This document shows, piece by piece, positions 1-64,000 of a stretch of 64,000 nt of DNA (positions are counted from its first letter, which is position 1; each line of letters opens with the position of its first letter). Below the pieces are notes generated by a model that was given only the letters and a program-made list of their open reading frames with translations, ran no database searches and had not been told where the DNA came from. Position numbers and translations under genes: made by a program. The stretch comes from Diadema antillarum (Eukaryota), in contig NW_027271046.1 of NCBI RefSeq assembly GCF_040938485.1, forward strand, positions 992,001 through 1,056,000, in the 5' to 3' direction.

Positions 1-3000
1 GCTGTCAGCCCTGGTTGTTGCTGGAGAGCCTCGTGATCCTGTCCATCAGCTGGATTGCCGTACTCCGTCACCAGACGTGTGCCCATCAACCAGTCAGACT
101 GCGGTTTCTGTCCTCGCTGCTGACCAGTTACGAACCCCCAATGCCGATGATGACACCCTGGGCCTCCACCTGTCCTTGGATAGTGCTGACCCTGCCTGCT
201 TTGACGCTAGCCCAACCTGGAGTTCATTCCCCTGGACCTTTGGCCACCGCCTGCCTTCAATCCCTGTTGAAGGAGGTCCTTCTTGTCGCCCCCTTGATGG
301 TGCTCTGCATCTTGCCAGCTGGATGATGACCACCAAGCGCCATCCTGTTCACCAACCTCCTACCAGTGACATCACCGACTGGTTAACCGTGGACGTCAAC
401 TGCTCCCCTGTGCCTTGGATCGCGCATCCCCCAGCACCCCCAGCCTGTACTGGCCTCGCAGTGCCGTACCACCCACCCTTGTCCCCAGTAACTCCAGGTT
501 GAAGGACTTAAGTAGGGTATTCTACCCCCGTGTCATCTTCTACTGTGTATTACTCTATAAGTTGTTTTGTTTCTTACTTTCCCTTAAACCATGGTCAGTA
601 TAATTGTAGACATAATTCTGATAGGTTTATGTAGGGAGACTATTACTTTATATCCTCCGCATTGCAGGATATTTTGTTTCTCAAATTGGCATTAAGGTTA
701 TGTTAATTGTGTTCATTATTGTCACAAGTGTGCCATTTTTTTTCAAAATTTTTAATTCTTTCTTTTTTAACGGATGAAGGGAATATGTTAAGTTATATGT
801 TTCAAGTGTTTTATCATTGTCTCATTGCGGCTCAGTGTCAATACACATGTAGTAAGTTATGAACATATAACTTTGTTACCGGTACATTTTTTTTATTTGC
901 CAGCTCCTTGCAGCATATCTTACAGTCTGCATGTTTTATACATGTATTGAAGAGTCCAATACTTCCCATTATTTCCATACTTACCTTAGTATCAAGTCCA
1001 CAGGGAGTATTCTTTTTTTAGATGTGACATTGTACAGCTGTACGTGTATTTTGTTTTCCGGAAGGGACCGCACATTCTCCTCTTTCTACTGTGTGTTGAA
1101 GTCTTTTAAAGTGTATGAGCTGGTTTTTAATACGTACTAGGTTTATTACCTATTGGTACTCACTGCTGGTTAATTCACATTGTGATGTCGGTTTTATTTT
1201 ATTTCTGGAGTAAAATGCCTAAAAGGTTGTATACCAGCTTCTCCTATGCTGGCGTCTGTACATATTGAATTTTCATACATCTCGCACATTTGTATATACA
1301 GTGTAAGTTCTAAGTTGTATCATCTCTAGGCATTGTTGCCGTATTGCATGCCGGATCATTGCTTTTTATACCAGTCATTCCTTTTCATGATTTGATATAC
1401 ATGTATTCCTATTTCGCTTACGAACACAGATTTTCTGTGGGGCAGGTACTGTACATGTACCCATTCTCCAGACCTGACCCGCTGTCCACCTTTTGTAGTA
1501 TCCTATGCGGATATCTGTAACATACTGTTACATGAATGTGAATACAGTACATGTCATTTTTGGTATGTCATAACAGTTTGCTTTGTATTTCATGACAATC
1601 TTTATATTTTGATAGATTTTACATTTGACAGCCAGTATTGGTAGATATTGGATAGTGTTTTTCCCTTTTTTTTGTGGGCATCTGTACTAAATATGGTTAT
1701 ATTTATTGTTCATTATAGTCTTGGGCAACTGCAGGTGTTTTTTTTTTCACACTTCTCCCATCTACACACATACATGTATATGTGTGTGGCCCTTTTCCAG
1801 TATTTTACACCCAGTATAAGTAATCGTTGTTAAGATGATATTATTCATTTTTGGCTGTTATATTAATATTTGTACACATTATTCTTCCTTTTGCAAGGCT
1901 GATTCATTGGATGTGTTTGGCTTAAGGAGTAAAGAGGAAGTGAGGTATGACGTGTTTTTGAGTATTTTTGATAGGGGTACGTATTGAGGTACACTATAAC
2001 TATGTATGTAGGTACAGTTTGTACAAGTGTAGTTGTATGTTCTCTCATTGGTTGCTGTGTACAGTCCCATACATAACATTTTGTGATTGATTTCACTCTG
2101 TCAAAGTTTGGAGTTTAGTGTAACTTATTTATGAGTTACTGTGTGTGCTCAAACATTATAGATGTGTTACGCAGTTTGATGGCGGTAAAAAGTGTTTTGA
2201 TTAATGGAGCTTCAGCATGATAGTTGTGTTATAAGTGATGTTATTTTCACTCATTGTGTAAGGTAGGCCTGATTATGTGTGTTTGTGATAGTGCAGTTAT
2301 CTACTAGTTGCGTAATCAACCTAAATTGTTTTAATGTTAGGTTAGATATTGTTTAATTTGTTTTATATATGTATGTGATCAACATTTATTCTTAGAGTAG
2401 GCCGCTATAGATAACAGTCATGCAACAGTTTTAAGTTATTCATCGAGAAGGAAGTTAATACCTTGTAGTTGTTTTGTTTATACATTGCTACATTGTTCAG
2501 AGTTGGGCCCTATGTGATGTGAAGGATAGTGTGTATGATTGTCGTTTTGCTCATGCATATAGCCTGACACCATGTTGTTGATCAAGGCTATTTCAGAAAC
2601 AGCAGTTTCGAGGAGATGCGTACAGTATGTTGTTGATCAAGGTTATTTTAGAAAGAGTAGTTTTGAGTAGATTGTATGTACAGGGTAGTGCCATCATTTT
2701 AATAACAAGAGGAATGAAGAAAGGGATCACGCCATTATGATTATAATTATAGTTAGGTTGTATCAAGTGGCGTTCCATACTCTGATCGGTTTCCACGTGT
2801 TGTGCTTGCAACGTGTTACACCCGACGTGTGTATCTGTACCGTACCGCTGACTCGGTCACGGCCAATAAACTCTTGAACATCATATACCAAGATCGTCTG
2901 ATGTTTCTCCTTATTTACTGGCGTTGAAACAAACAAAAAAGTAATCATATTGGTCTAACATACATAAGAGAGTCTAAATGCAAAAAGCGATATATCCATT

Positions 3001-3248
3001 TTCATCAACTTCAGAATTTGAGATTGGAGCTGTTGAAACACAAAGAATATTCATTCATATATTTGCAATAATTCTAATGATATCTTCACATATATTTCTT
3101 ATTACATAACATGTGCAGTATCACTGAAAATATTTAATTTTTCTCTATTTGACTATTAAAATAACTTTGAAAATAGTATTTATGTGTTTTAACATTCAAA
3201 TTGTCCAAATGTTCCTTTGGTGTATATATCTTCTTCTTTTTTCTTTTC

Positions 3249-3279
<31 letters not shown>

Positions 3280-3414
3280 GGGGGGTGTCATTATAACCGA
3301 ATGATTTATCGAGTCTTTAACTCCATACAGGTAAAAACCTTTTTTATACACAATTAGTTTTCAAAAAGTGAGTAATCTCACCCTGGCTCCCTTACTCTAA
3401 CATCATTCTCTTAC

Positions 3415-63962
<60,548 letters not shown>

Positions 63963-64000
63963 CTGCCGAAACGAAAACGAGCGATTCCGAAAGAAATTTT

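Overview
Eukaryotic, AT-rich, intron-containing animal DNA, not a prokaryotic window. Poly-G runs, abundant TAGGCCTA/TACATGTA and the repeat families suggest an invertebrate deuterostome such as an echinoderm (inference only). A minus-strand ABCC5/MRP5-like ABC transporter gene crosses the whole window. Thirteen exons (about 870 codons, end of TMD1 through NBD1 and TMD2 to the NBD2 Walker A) can be spliced by eye with GT-AG ends and matching phases; both gene ends lie outside the window. One intron, between the NBD1 exons ending ...VTHQLQ and starting YLKDCD..., is 45,870 bp (11685-57554), whereas the other eleven are 170-3852 bp. That intron holds a TMEM60 gene on the host strand and a tandem array of four three-exon NEU1-type sialidase genes on the opposite strand, spaced about 9 kb apart. 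The sialidases form two sequence classes: A/B with canonical RIP and E-A-R, and C/D with RTP and A-P-R. Copy C has a +1 G frameshift in a homopolymer. The rest is non-autonomous transposons (Kolobok-, piggyBac-, Tc1/pogo-, hAT-like MITEs, a tRNA-SINE), two inverted Helentron-associated (HINE/pearl-like) elements with 158-bp tandem arrays, microsatellites and one 267-N gap. No rRNA, tRNA or CRISPR was seen. All calls are from manual reading; no searches were run.
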